Assembly: GCA_028534125.1 (NCBI GenBank)
Contig: CM052816.1
Span: 20,276,001-20,340,000, forward strand
Length of the DNA stretch: 64,000 nucleotides
From: Lama glama
Lineage: Eukaryota
Direction: 5' to 3'
The number at the start of each line of letters is the position of its first letter. Position 1 is the first letter of the stretch. The position numbers and the translations under genes are program-made. The notes beneath the pieces are model-generated. The model did not search any database. It was not told the DNA's origin and worked only from the letters and a program-made list of their open reading frames with translations. This document shows positions 1-12,129 of the stretch, one piece after another.

Positions 1-184
1 GTTTCAGCGTGTTCAGGATTTGCTTTAATGAACAGATTAAAGTCGTTTATGCATAATTTATGATTTTAATGAAAATGGGTACTACAAAAGATGTTTAAAG
101 TGTGTTGAAAATCATTTCTTAATAAAACTTTTATATTAGGATTTTATCTATTTTATTAATTCACTTAAAAAATCTTTCATAGAT

Positions 185-945
185 TGTTTCAGACAGGATA
201 GGCTAAATTTGCTGTAGTAACAAATAATCCCCCAAATCCCAGTGATGTAAGCAACAAGAGTGTATTTTTTGTTCACTCTTTGTGTCCAGTGGGAACTGAC
301 TGGGGGCTCTGCTCATTAGAGGCACTTATGAACCCAGGCTGATGGAGGCTCTGTCTCCACACATGCTTCTGTGGTCATTGTTTGGTGGGAGAAGCAGGTA
401 TAACAAATCACCCAATGATTCTTTTTTGGCAGAGGTTGGCAAACAGGTCAGATTTGGCAAAGCCTTTGGGCCAAATCTGAGCTGTCACCTGTTTTTGTAC
501 ATTCTGAAGTTAGGAATTTTTTTTTAATATTTTCAAATGGTTAAAAAAATCAAAAGAAGAACAACGTTTTTTGAGACACACAAAAATTGTAAGAACATCA
601 AATTTCAGTGTCCATAAGTAAAGTTTAATGAGAACATAGCCACACCCATTTGATTACATATCATCTGTGGCTGCTTTCATATTATAATGACAGAGGTGAG
701 TAGTTGTGACCCTGACCTTGTGGCTCACAGAGCCTAAAATATATACTATCTGGCCTTTCAGGGGAAAAGCTGGCTGATGTCTGTTTTAAAGCACCTGCCT
801 GGAACTGATAATGATGCTCACTCATGCTGACGTTTCACTGGCCAAAACAAGTCCCTTGGCCTTGGCTAACTTTAGAAGAGATGGAGAAATGCATGTAAGA
901 AGGGGAACTGGAACTATTTGGTGAATGGCACTGATGACAAACCCA
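185..945 (-). mobile_element. MaLR solo LTR (MLT1I-like), split by a MER58B insertion
   Basis: Motifs caggataggcta..gctgtagtaacaaa..acccaggctgatggag (185-411), then cactggccaaaacaagtc..tatttggtgaatggcactgatgac (786-945). TG...CA ends; near-TSD TAGAT (180-184)/TAGAC (946-950). Confidence 0.85.
430..783 (+). mobile_element. MER58B hAT-Charlie MITE
   Basis: Left end cagaggttggcaaac; internal aaatttcagtgtccataagtaaagtt and gcctaaaatatatactatctggccttt match the MER58B consensus as I recall it; degenerate right TIR. Confidence 0.9.
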
Positions 946-2289
946 TAGACAGAGGGAAAGTGAACTTCTCCCTAGTGTCTGGCTGAGGTCTCACCAATTC
1001 TTAATGAATTGAATCCGAACTCCAGTTAATTTATTTTAAATGCCTGTCAAAAGTCTGAAGTGCCTATGTTCGTGCGGAATAGCCCTGCCTTAGAATGGCT
1101 GCAATCGATCTGTGATTAGTCTCATAACTTCAATTTACTACTTGATAGCAACAGCTAGAGAAATTTATAACCAACCCAATGAGCAATTTTAAGAAAAAAA
1201 CAATCAATTCCAGTTCTCCAGAGTACAAGGGGACCTTTAATACTGTAAATTGTCTGAGCTCAGCTAGAAAGAGAAAAAGAAAAGTGTTTATTTTCTTATT
1301 TGCAGCCTCCTTTAGAGTAAGCGTTTTGACCCTTATCTTGTGCAGGAGGGGAACTAGCGAGGCTGGCTCTGCTCCCTGAGACAGTCATAAGCCCCTCCAC
1401 CCGCTTCAGACAAGTTACCCCCATTAAATCCATGGATGCTAAGTAAACCATTAAGAAAAGAAGAAATGTGAATAATTTCCAAATGTTATCTTAGGGCTGC
1501 TGGATTTAGACGCCCCTCACGAGACATAGACACACGCTCAGCTTTCCTTCGTGAGCTCCGGGTCACTGACACCAGTGTATGGACACCACCAATGAGCTTC
1601 GGGCAGGCCCTGCCCAGACCACTGTCAGTCCTGTGGACACACAGGCTCGAGAGAGCAAGCTTGGGCATCCCAACCAGCAGTTCCAGAGCAACTGAGCCCA
1701 CAGAGTCGGCCTTGCTTATTCTGGCTACCTGAGCTGTTTCCTCCCTGACTTCCCTTTTACAAGTTACACTCCCTTTCTTTTAAAAATCCGAAAGCTCTTG
1801 TGCTTTTGCTAACCACAGTTATTCATAATGAATCATCCCCAGAGGGCACGTCTTCATGAAGTCTTGCCTACTTCCTTATGGTTCTGGCAACTGAGTAATC
1901 AGAGGATATGAGAGCTCTTGTTCTCTGCCATAAAATACGTTTATAGAGATATAATTAGCAATAGTATTATCTTCATTTGGACTTAGCCATGCTAAATGTC
2001 CTATAAGGGTGGTTTACGAGGTGATATGAATGGTAATGTTATTAATAATGCGCTTAGCCAGAAGTATCAATATTTCCCACCACTTACTGCTTCCTAATGA
2101 GATTGTGTGTGGAGTTCTGGGACGGGGATGAGCTGGTGGATTTATAGAAAGTTGTAAAGAAGCACTTAAGAGTCATTAAAAGGAATTTGGTAACCTCAGT
2201 ATGCAAGGCCTTTGTCCTTACTTGAGCTAGTAGCACAGGGCAGGTTTCTGTGCACAGATCCCAGTGGCCCTGGGCCCACCGTGCTCTTT

Positions 2290-2545
2290 GCTGTCTCCAG
2301 GCCTCTGCAGATGTTGTTCCCCTACGTGAGGTGCCCGCCCATGGTGCATCTGGATATACCCCTCCAGTCTTCTGGCTACCTCCTCCAGGAAGCACTCAGA
2401 GCACTTACTGGGGGGTTCAATTATTCCATCCTCTATTGTAGATGGCCTTGGCTCATGGGCTGTCTCGTCTTCCAACAAGAGTGTGGGGTCTTTGAAATGG
2501 GTACCGTGTTTCCCATTTCAGTATCTCTTCCAGCATTGGGGAAGA
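2290..2545 (+). mobile_element. L2 3' fragment
   Basis: ggcctctgcagatgttgttcccc and cctcctccaggaagc are L2 3'-region motifs; highly diverged. Confidence 0.55.
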
Positions 2546-2685
2546 AATAGGCTTGAATCTCCACCCTCTGAACACCTCAGCTCTGTCACTTTCAGCATTC
2601 CGCAAGACTTACACCTCTTGGGTGCCCCTGGAGTATAGGGGGTAGAGGTGGGGAGTCCTCAGATGGCTTTTAGTCTAGCTGGTCA

Positions 2686-2765
2686 CTTTACAGATGGGAA
2701 CCGGGGGCTTGGGGAGGTGATCTACTTTGCCATGGTCACATGTAGTGGGTGCAGAGTGGGGAATA
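2686..2765 (-). mobile_element. MIR fragment
   Basis: ctttacagatgggaaccgggggct..ttgccatggtcaca is the reverse-strand MIR core. Confidence 0.65.
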
Positions 2766-4069
2766 GCACATCTCTCCCAGTGCCCAGGCCCAGCTTTGGA
2801 ATGGATGGGTGGGGGAAGAGAGGAGAATCGCTGTGGCAGCTCCATTGCTGGGCACAGGGTGGTTCAGGCCATCCCACCAGAGTCCTGCCAAGTGAGGAAG
2901 ACTCCTGTGGAAGCAGCAGAGCGGCACGGAGGAGGGAGCTCTGGGGCTGGGGTTAGGTGCCAGCTCTGCCCCTTGCACGCCTGCTATGGCTGAGCCTCAG
3001 TTTCCCCTTTGGGAAATAGGGATGACTTTCTACTCCTTTGGCCTCCCTGTGTGCCTATGAGAATCGCATGGTAGGCCTGTGCTTCGGTGCTCCCCTCCTT
3101 GTTCCGGGCGAGGCTGGGTGGGGGTGGAGGGAGAGTGTGAGTGTGGTGAGCCCTGGCCATTTGGTGGGCAGGGGTGGCCCCTCATTTCCTCCATGTGGTG
3201 GCATGGATCCCTGGCCTGCTTCTGGGAGCAGCTTCTACCTGTATTAGGTGGGCACTGGGGACTGGGGATAGGCAGAGTGCCCTGCGGCAGCTCGTCTCAC
3301 ACCGACTCTGGCACAGCCTCCTGGTTCACGGCCAAGAAGCCCGCTCAGCTGGGGATGAGCTTATCACCCCTGAACCTCTGGCCTCGACTTGGGCACACGA
3401 GCCCGAGGACAGAAGGAGGACTACTGGCTGCTTGGTTGGGGCTGTAATAGTCGCATTGGCCCATTTGTCCCGAAGAAGTGGGCAGATGCTTGTTAATTTT
3501 GTCACTAGAGCCAGCTTTTTGGGGGTCACTTAGGGAGTTCCTCTGAGAATCTCTGAGGGCAGAGCTAGACCGACCTTTAGTCTCTATCCAGGCCAATCCT
3601 GACTATCACCAGTGGCACTCTGGCCCTCAGAGAAGGAAATGTCTTGTCCAAGGCCTCACAAGGAGCCTTGAAGGAGGGCGGGTCACTGGAACCCCAGACA
3701 CTGAGGGTCTTCTCACCATGAAGGTGAGCACAGAGGGATCCTGGCTGTGAGGGTGGAGGAGAGATGACAGGCCATCCTGGCACAGACCAGACGGGGTCCT
3801 CGGGAAGGCCTTCTTCCTCAGGGCTGGCCATGAAGCTCTGGAACGGCCTCTGAGAGGAGACCAGACTTCATATGACGACTAGGCATGAGGTTCTCCCATC
3901 AGTCCCCAGGCGGGCACCTGCAGGAGCTGGCAGATTGGGCTCTGTTTTGTCACTCTGGGGTCTGCAGGGATAGCAGGAATGTTTACCCTTTTTCAGCATC
4001 CCTTGACAACACCAGGAAAGTATCCATCAGCTGGAGAACTCCTGAGGGCTGGTGACTGTCAGATTCCAT

Positions 4070-4132
4070 ACTCACCTTGGAGCACACAGTAGGTGTTTGA
4101 CACACAGTAGGTGCTGAATGAATGGATGGATG
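4070..4132 (+). mobile_element. L2 3' tail with an internal duplication
   Basis: cacacagtaggtg occurs twice (4083-4095, 4101-4113), followed by a gaatgaatggatgg tail. Confidence 0.6.
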
Positions 4133-4807
4133 GGTGAGGAGGACCCATGGAAGAGAGGATGGTTGGATTTGGTCTTTGGGCTGTTTCAGAGTCTTTTCTT
4201 GGAGGAAAGTGAAAAACTCCCCTGAATCTCACCTGACGGAGAATGTCCTTCTGATGTCCCAAGTGAGCTGTTTCAGGGATAGGTGGGTGGCAGGAAGCTC
4301 TCCTGGGTTCCTTTGTCCTCAGGGCTGCCTGTCGATTGTATATAGCTCCTCTTAGCCCTCTCAGGTCCTATTATGCCAACATAAATTGAGTTACAGCATC
4401 AACATCTCTTTGTTTGGTGGACCAAGCACTTTGTATTAGTTACTACATCTGTCTTGTTATTCTGCGTCATCTTTGCTGGAAACCTGTGCGTGTCCTTGAG
4501 GAGAAAGCTGTAAAGACTAAATGATTTATGAAATCTGTTTGAATCTTTTGGTTATTCTTAAATGGGATAAACAGCAGTGTAGGGGCTCCAGTATTTGCAA
4601 GGGAGAAGAACTGAGGACCCAGCATTTCCCTGGTGCCTGGGGTACCCCATACACAATCTGCTGAGGGCGTGGTTCGGTTTTCGCTGTAATCTAATTAGGC
4701 ACAGTGTTAGAAATAGTTCTTGCAGAGTGGATGCAGGGATGTAAAAATTGTTAAGATTGCCAATTCTACATTTGTGCAGTTTAAAAAAAATAGCACTTTC
4801 TCCACAT

Positions 4808-5020
4808 TAGAAAAGTAATATGGTATGCATTGTAGAAGATTTGGAAAATAGAGACAAAGCACAATGAAAAACAAATCCCAAATCCTGCCACTGAGGATAA
4901 AACATGGTTAACATGTTAGTGTGTGTGGCCTTCTAGAGACTCTTCCAGGGTTTATGTGTGTGTGTATTTCTATACCTATACATGTGCACTTACAATTTTT
5001 ACAAGAAAGGGATCAAAAGT
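4808..5020 (-). mobile_element. Old L1M (L1ME/L1MC-type) 3' UTR fragment
   Basis: aaaagtaat..cattgtagaagatttggaaaata..ggttaacatgttagtgtgt. Confidence 0.65.
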
Positions 5021-6503
5021 GTACTTGTCTTTTCTCCTCACAGCCATGGTGTCTTTGGTTCTCTAGGAAGCTGGCTAACCTGTCAGCTCATGCAAAGGCT
5101 TCCTTTTTCCTGGCTACCACCATCCCCTTGGGAATCTGCTCCACCTTATCACCTAGCAGGGTGACTGAAAGTGGCCCACGTGTCACCAACACCCAAAGCT
5201 CTGCACCGCTCCTCATGGGAAGGAATTGAGGCTGAGTCCCCTCTGGTATCCCTCAGTGGCGATGGCTCTGTCACCCAGGAAATTCCAAGCTGTTCTGAGC
5301 CTCTTGGTGGCTATTCCCTGCCTGGGTGCCAGGATGGGCACAAAGTGCCCTTGTGTGGCTGGCCTCTCTGGCCTTGAGGCAAGTCCTGATCCTGGAGCCC
5401 CGCAGGACCCTCACTTGTGCCTGTGTCTCTTGCTTCGCCTTTTGCCTCTCCCTGAATCATTGAACATGACCTTCATCTGTCTGAGGATGGCTCCAGAAGG
5501 TGTGTGGCCAGGCTTGCATGCAGGGTGCAGAATTTGGGGTGGGGTGGGGTGGAAGAAAGCCATGGCTTTGCAGGCCTTTGAGCTTGTGGAGGAAAATAAT
5601 ACTAGAGTCTTACAAGCATAGGTCTTCTCCCTGGCCTTAGGAAAAACTTGACTTTTCTTCTCTCAGTCTCTCACAGGTGACGTTAAAGGATCTCTGCCTT
5701 GGTGCCGATTTATAAGAGAGCATTTGTTCAATGTCCACTTTCCATTTTCCCAGAGAAATCAATCCTCCTTGTCAGAAACACCAAGTTTCGAGGCTAAGTC
5801 TGCGTCAATATTCGCTGAGTCCAGGGGATGTGGGAGGGAGGCAGGGGCCCTGTGGGGTGGGGGGTCACACTCCTCATTCAATATTCTTTGACCTCTCAGC
5901 TCACCCAGACTGTGTTCAGTCGATTGCCCCCCTGCTGTCAGGAAGGCCTGCCCTTGAACATGGCTGAGGATTCATTACCTGTCAGAGGCAGCCAGGTGTG
6001 TCTGCACAGCGCGGCGCTGGGGGGCTCGTTAGTTAGCTCAGTAATTAAAGGCAAACAAAGGCTGGATGGAGGCCTTCTGGTGTTGCTGGGGGCGCTGAGG
6101 CAGAAACAAGTGGGAGGGCAGCCAGGTTCCAGAACCCAGGAAGACGCGGTGTCCTGAGAGGTGACAGAGGGGCTGAGTTCCTGCAGCGGGGAAGCACATG
6201 GCCCAACTCAGGCTGTCCTGCAGGACACAGGAAGTCCTTGCTCCCATCTGGGCCTGGGGTGGGGCTACCGCTGAGTGGGCGGTAGGTGGGTGGGGGGCGT
6301 CCATGTGAGAGAGGAGGACGGCAAGACTTGTTCTCACATCACTGCCCTGCTGGGCCCCTTATTGGAATCAAACTGAGTGTTGGTCACATCCTAAGAAAGG
6401 AGTGAATTGTAGTTATTAAAGTATGAATGGCCGAAATGGGATTCAAACCCAGAGCTTCCTGACCTGAAAGACTTGCTCTTGCTCTTTTTCCGTAGGTGAG
6501 GTG

Positions 6504-6990
6504 TGTAAAGGGTTGAATGAGTGACCCCCACGCCCCGCTCACCAAAGATATGTCAATGTCCTTGAAACCTGTAGATGTGACCCTTTCTGGAAAAAGGGTC
6601 TTGGCAGCTGTAATTAGGTTAAGCATTTTGAGATGGGGGGACCATCTTGTATTACCCGATGGGCCCTAAACCCAATGACAAGTGTCCTTATAAGAGAAAG
6701 ACAGAAGGAGATTTGAGGCAGGCAGAGAGGAGAAGACACAGACAGGAGGAGAAGAGGCAATCAGACCTCAGAGATAGAGAGCAGGATGATGTGGCCACAA
6801 GTCACGGTACCTGAGCCACCAGGAGCTGAAAGAGGCAAGGAAGGGACTCTCCATTTGAGCCCTGGGAGGGTGTATGGCTCTGCAGGGTTTTAGACTTCTG
6901 GGCTCCAGAAATGTGAGAGAATAAGTTTCTGTTGTTAAAACCCACTTGTTTTGCAGTAATTTGTTATAGCAGCTGCAGGAAGATAACACA
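6504..6990 (+). mobile_element. MaLR solo LTR (MLT1C/MLT1D), near full length
   Basis: tgtaaagggttgaatg start; gatgtgaccctttctggaaaaagggtc; ccagaaatgtgagagaataagtttctgttg; ends agataacaca. Near-TSD AGGTG (6499-6503)/GGGTG (6991-6995). Confidence 0.93.
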
Positions 6991-9298
6991 GGGTGGCCCA
7001 GCCCGTCAGCACTGGGGATTTTGAGCCCCCTTTTGGACATCACGGTGGCCCTGTTGGGGCGCGGCCTGGGCAAGGAGACATGTGGCAACACCTCCTCCAC
7101 CCCTCCAGGCCTCCCGTGACATCTGTGGCATCACAAGCTGCCATAGTTTTGGTGTCCTTCTCGTGTGCCCCAGAGTCCCCAGCCCTGGGACCCAATGAAA
7201 GCTGACCTGATGTTGCCCATACATTTTTATGAGTGGATTTTGCTTAGCTCCGAGGTTGCCTGTTTTTTGCCTGGAGGCAGTGGCAGGAAAGTTGGTGCTG
7301 TTTGGGGCTTTCAGCCCTGAAGTGGCCCGCTCCCTCTCCAGCCTCACCGGCAGGTAACCTCACAGGAAAGTTATAAATAGCAGCCAGGCATGGGTTGTGA
7401 GTGCTTTGAAGTGGAAGCACAATCACTTGATGACAGTTCAGTGCAGGGGGAGACAGCGGGACGCTGGGGGCCATCGCTTCTCCTCCGCTCTGACGGTAAT
7501 CAGAGCAGGCAGATGTCTCCGACAGCTGGGGCTAATAGGCTGTCAGACAGGGCCGGACCGGCCTGGGACATTCTCCGTGCTCCCTGGCACTGGTCCAGCT
7601 CAGACTGAGGGAAGTGAAGCATGGGGCCAATGAGGGAGGCTGTGGGCCTGCTGGCCAGAGCTGTGCCCCTTCCCTCTCCTGATGAAAACTCACTCACTCG
7701 GAGTAGGGGTCTCCTCCACCCATCCTGGACAGGATTTTCATTTGTGGGAAATGGTCATTTGAATTATTGATGAGAGATGAAAACTAGGCTAATTCAGTTC
7801 AATTTCTCCAATAGACAAAACTATTCATAATTAACCTAGAAGCAAAGGTCAGTGCGGCGGTAAGTGGCTGGGGTGGTAGAAGAATTGCAGTGAGGACCCA
7901 CTTTGTGCTTGGGGGAATTTATGCAAGAACCACCTTGAAAAGCACTTTGAAATGAGTTCCTGATTTGAGACCAAAGTGTGGTGCCACCTGAAAGACTTTC
8001 ATCTCAGCCTTGGGACATTTTGAGCAAAGGACGGTCTGGGCTTATTTCTTCTATATGTAACCCTGAAAAAGGAGCAAGCTAGTGGCTTCTAGGGTGTGTG
8101 TCCTTTAACACGACACAAGAGCTGGGAAGTCGCGAAACCTGAGGACTGGTTTGACTGGTTCTACAGCCCTGCGTACCTCAGGGTCTCTGCCAAATGGGGA
8201 TATGGGACTAGCCCCCCAAATTCCTCCATCTCTGCCACTCCAGACTCTTGCCCTGTGGTTGTGATGAGAGATTCCAGGGCAGACAGGAAAGGGCTGACTG
8301 GTGCCTGGATGCTCCCTTTGTTCTCAGACACTCAGCCGCCCTTGAAGGGAGCCAGGATGTTCTTAACTTGTTGGTCTGTGGAGTTGGGGGCTTGTCTTTG
8401 GTGGGCGTCCTGGGCAGAGGTATCATTCAGCAATCTTGACAGGTGAAGGACTCAGCGATCCAGCAGGAGGGTAGCGGTTTCTTCCCAGCAGGCTCCTGGA
8501 TCCGCCCCTCGCCTGCCTCCAGGGCAGGAAAAGCTTGGCTCTTTTGGCAATGAGCATCCTGGTGAGGAGCTGGCACGCAGGCAAGACACTTCCAGCATGT
8601 CATAGAAAGGCACAAGCCTTCTGTGCCCTCAGTCTTTTTACTTCTGTTTTGTATCTGAATAATAATCACCTCTTGTTTAATGGTGGTGAAATGTTTGGGT
8701 ATTCACTGCCAAACCCTAGAGGTAACTTTCAAATATCTGTATAGCAGCAACACCCTTTAAAAAAACAAAACTTTTTGAGGAAATTCAAGACATAAGGCCG
8801 AAAAAAGAAGTATGGGGGCTGATCTGCAGTGGGGGACCTGGGGCCCTTCCTAGCTGACCCCCTCCCCGGGGCAGGCTGGCCTCTGAGGGAGCCCAAGGAC
8901 TTCTCTCACCCCAATCCCAGGGTGTGCCGACCTTGGTCAGAAAACTACCCCATGGTAGGACTGACCTGCTGATGTTATAGCAGAGGTACCCAAGACTCAG
9001 AGAGGCCCAGTGTCCACTGGGCTCATGGCCAAGCAGAATTCTCCTGGTTTCTGGGTTGGTGGAGGAGTGGGGAGGGAGGCAGAAGGGATGTTTTGTCTCT
9101 GACACCACACTGCCTCTCTGGGAGTTGTTCTCAGCCCTGCTGGGAGTTGGATCTCTGATTTCCTGAGGACTTGGCCTCCAATAAAATCTCCCCACTGTAT
9201 GACTAGTCCCCTAAGACTTAATGTCAGGCTAAGGCCTCACCATTCCTGTCTGGGGAGGCCTGATTCAGGCCCTCAAGAGGAGAGAAGAGGAAAGAGGA

Positions 9299-9327
9299 GG
9301 GGAGGGGAGGGGCGGGGAGGGGATGGG
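9299..9327 (+). other. Strong G-quadruplex-forming motif including a GGGGCGGGG GC box
   Basis: GGGG-A-GGGG-A-GGGG-C-GGGG-A-GGGG-AT-GGG, read directly. Confidence 0.75.
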
Positions 9328-9609
9328 AGCCAGGGGAGGGAGGACCCTGTCCTATGGAATGTGATTGTAGCTCAGTAGACCAGCAGGGCTGCCTTGGGAC
9401 ACTCTCTTCTGATGTTTTCCATCTGACTTGTCTCCTGAGAGGTGAAGCTGATTTTGGAAGGAACTGATGGGGAATATGGGTGCCCAGGCACCTGGTGGTG
9501 ACCACATCTGGCTCTGCTTTCTACTTGTCCTTACTCGTTGTTCTTTGACCCTGGAGAAACTCTTGGCTTCTTGATTGAAAATTTGCCTCATATTTGTCTC
9601 TTGAATGCC

Positions 9610-9788
9610 AAGGCACTTAATCACCTTCTAACATACCATACACTCTCCCTACTTATTATGTCTGCTGTTTCTGCTCTGTTTTCATGCCTGTGCCTGCAAA
9701 TGTAACCTCCACGGCAGAGATGCTGTCTGTTCACTGCTGTAGCCCGAGTAAACTCTCAATGGATATTGTCAGGAGGATAAACGAATGA
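9610..9788 (+). mobile_element. L2 3' end
   Basis: gcacttaatcaccttctaacatac..aatgtaacctccacggcagag..tgtctgttcactgctgta. Confidence 0.7.
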
Positions 9789-9860
9789 GGGACTAACATT
9801 TCCTTCCCACATATCTGCAGACCTTTGGCCTTTCTCTGGAAGGTTAATTCTCTGCTTCTT

Positions 9861-9966
9861 AAAAAAAGTTTTGTTTTTTATTTTAAATGGAGATACTAGG
9901 GATTGAACCCAGGACCTCGTGCATGCTGAGCACACACTCTACTACTGAGCTATAACCCTCTCCTTC
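9861..9966 (-). mobile_element. tRNA-Ala-derived SINE, camelid Vic-1 type
   Basis: Minus strand reads gagggttatagctcagtagtagagtgtgtgctcagcatgcacgaggtcctgggttcaatccctag plus an A-rich tail. Pol III A and B boxes present; perfect 14-bp TSD attctctgcttctt (9847-9860, 9967-9980). Confidence 0.92.
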
Positions 9967-10899
9967 ATTCTCTGCTTCTTTAATTCTTTTTGGCTTCTTT
10001 TTGGGTGGAGTTAAAATTTGTGGGTTCCAAGAAAGGGTGCTTGATGTCTGCTGAAGGAATATAAAGCTATTTCCTCAAGATGGGATCCATATTCTTTTTG
10101 AAATGCCTTCCCCAGACTGCACCTGTGCATTTCCATGATGGTGCCTGGAGTGTCAGTGTCCACAGTTGTCCTGCTTCACGCTGGACTCAGTGTTAATTCA
10201 CCGGGCTCTACTCTCCTCCTTTGGTTTCTGCCATTTTGAAGTCCGCTCTCATCTCTCAGTAATGAGGAAATAAACAACACTGCTGTGTGTGGCCTCCGAT
10301 TTTAATTGGATTTTAGATCGGTTTTGAAGAAATGAATGAAGTTGCTGGGCTCTAAGAACAAGCTCTGCTTGTAATGAGCTGAACTTATTACATTAATTTC
10401 CTCAGGACCTCTTCCTTCCTCGGCTCACATTGTTTGCAGACACTGGTCAATGCCACATATAAATTGAGGTCTCAAAAGGCTAAATTAACAATTGGAAGCA
10501 TTTCGAAGCCCCTAAAATGGAAACAGCCCCTCGACTGTAAGAGGAAATCTGCCTTCAGAGACCTCTTGTTATTGAAGCCATGCACCTCAGACACATCGGT
10601 GGGTGTGGAGTGAACTCTTGTGTATCAGGGTCCAAAGGGACGAGGCATGTTCATACATCAAAGACATAATTCTTAGTGTTTTGTCACATCAGCTTTTCTC
10701 TTTCCTTAGGTTAACACAGAGTCTTGGAGGAAGGGGCGTCTCTGTCACTCAAGGAGGGCAGCAGATGTGATTTAGAAACGTGCATGAGTGTGACCCCACG
10801 GCCACTTTCCCCACACTTCCCTCCCACTGTAGCCCGTCAGATATGCAGCCCCCTTCTGTAAGACATGTGGCATCTGTTACACCTGCTGTTTGTGATCCT

Positions 10900-11225
10900 C
10901 ATTCCTGAACCACCGTGCTCCTGGCACCTGGATTTCTGGCTGCTCTCCTTGCTTCCAGTCTCTCCCTCCCCATCCTTTCTGAGCATGTCTCTAATTACCC
11001 TGCTCAAGAATTCTCAGTGACTCCCCACTGCCCATAGGAGGAAGTGGGAACTCCTACCCCTGGCTTCCAGGTCCAGCTTGACCCAGTCATCATCTTCCTC
11101 CACAGCACCCTGTTTCCTTTCCCCAAATGTGCTCCACTCTCCATTTGGGCTGGCTTTTCATAGTGCCCTTCCCTGCCGCCCACCCCTCTGCTAATTTCTG
11201 CCTCTAAAACTTTTGCCCCCATTCC
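10900..11225 (+). mobile_element. L2 fragment
   Basis: ctctccttgcttccagtctc..ctgctcaagaattctcagtgactccccactgccc. Confidence 0.6.
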
Positions 11226-11228
11226 TGC

Positions 11229-11360
11229 TAGGCTGGCCCATGTGGTCTATCGTTCAAACTAGAATGGTTTTGATAACGAAAGGGGACACTATTAATAACT
11301 TTGGAGAGACAATGGGTGTGAGATGGATGGTCCCAGGAAACCAGGACGTGGGCCACCTGA
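11229..11360 (+). mobile_element. MER94-type hAT-Blackjack MITE
   Basis: About 130 bp; aaaggggacactattaataact core; degenerate TIRs taggctggcc..ggccacctga. Confidence 0.75.
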
Positions 11361-11691
11361 GCTGTGTCCTGCCCTCGTTCTCTACTTTCCAAATTCATTC
11401 TTGCCCTCTGGCTAAGTTCAGCTCAAGTCTTTGCTGTCCTTGATGGCTCACTTCAGGGAACTTCTCCTGGTGAGTTGGAGTTTCTAAGTCTCCACTATGA
11501 GGCTACGTGCCAGAGGCTCTTCATTTCCCCTGGCTCTGTACTTCTCATCTGAGTACCTCCCAGTAGGTGAGTGGTGGTTCCCAGACCCAGAGCCTGGGTT
11601 CTGCATCAGGAGGGGTCCTTTCCATTAGTGCCAAGAACTGGAGCGCAGGTAAGAGCACAGGATGTCGTCACTCATGATTCAGACATATTCG

Positions 11692-12088
11692 TGTCACGGT
11701 CATTGCCATTCTTTTTGTTTTTCCAGTATCTGAACCTTCTTATTCTTAAGGAATTTCCTCCTTTTGAGGCAGACTGTCTCTCTTACTGATATAATTAAAA
11801 ATGCCAGCTACTCACTTTCTAGCTTCTCTTGAAAACAGGGTGCAGGAAGGGACCATCTGGACTCCAGTCTGGCGAGCATGGCCACTGTGACGGCAGGCAG
11901 TGGTCCTTACGGTGGTGTCTCCTTTCAGGTGTTGGTGGCAGCTTCAGCTGAGGTGTCTGCACCTGTCACGGGGGCATTGGGGGTGGCTTCTCTGGACCAG
12001 CTCTGGAGGAGAGGTGGAGATGTATTCCCAGTAGTGTACCCCCAAGACTGGTTCTCTGGCCCTCCTGGTGACTCTGTGGGCTGTTTAT
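11692..12088 (+). mobile_element. ERVL LTR fragment (LTR33/LTR41 group)
   Basis: aaaatgccagctactcactttctagcttctcttg and ctggttctctggccctcctggtgactctgtgggct. Confidence 0.6.
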
Positions 12089-12129
12089 GAAGACAATTTC
12101 TTATACAGCCTTGCGATTTGCACCTTACC

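Noticed and set aside
9484..9502. CTCF-like motif (reverse CCACCAGGTGCCTG)
   Set aside because: Mismatches at high-information 3' positions; cannot be supported without a PWM scan.
9890..9962. Possible tRNA-Ala gene
   Set aside because: The A-rich tail, 14-bp TSD and degenerate stems show it is a SINE.
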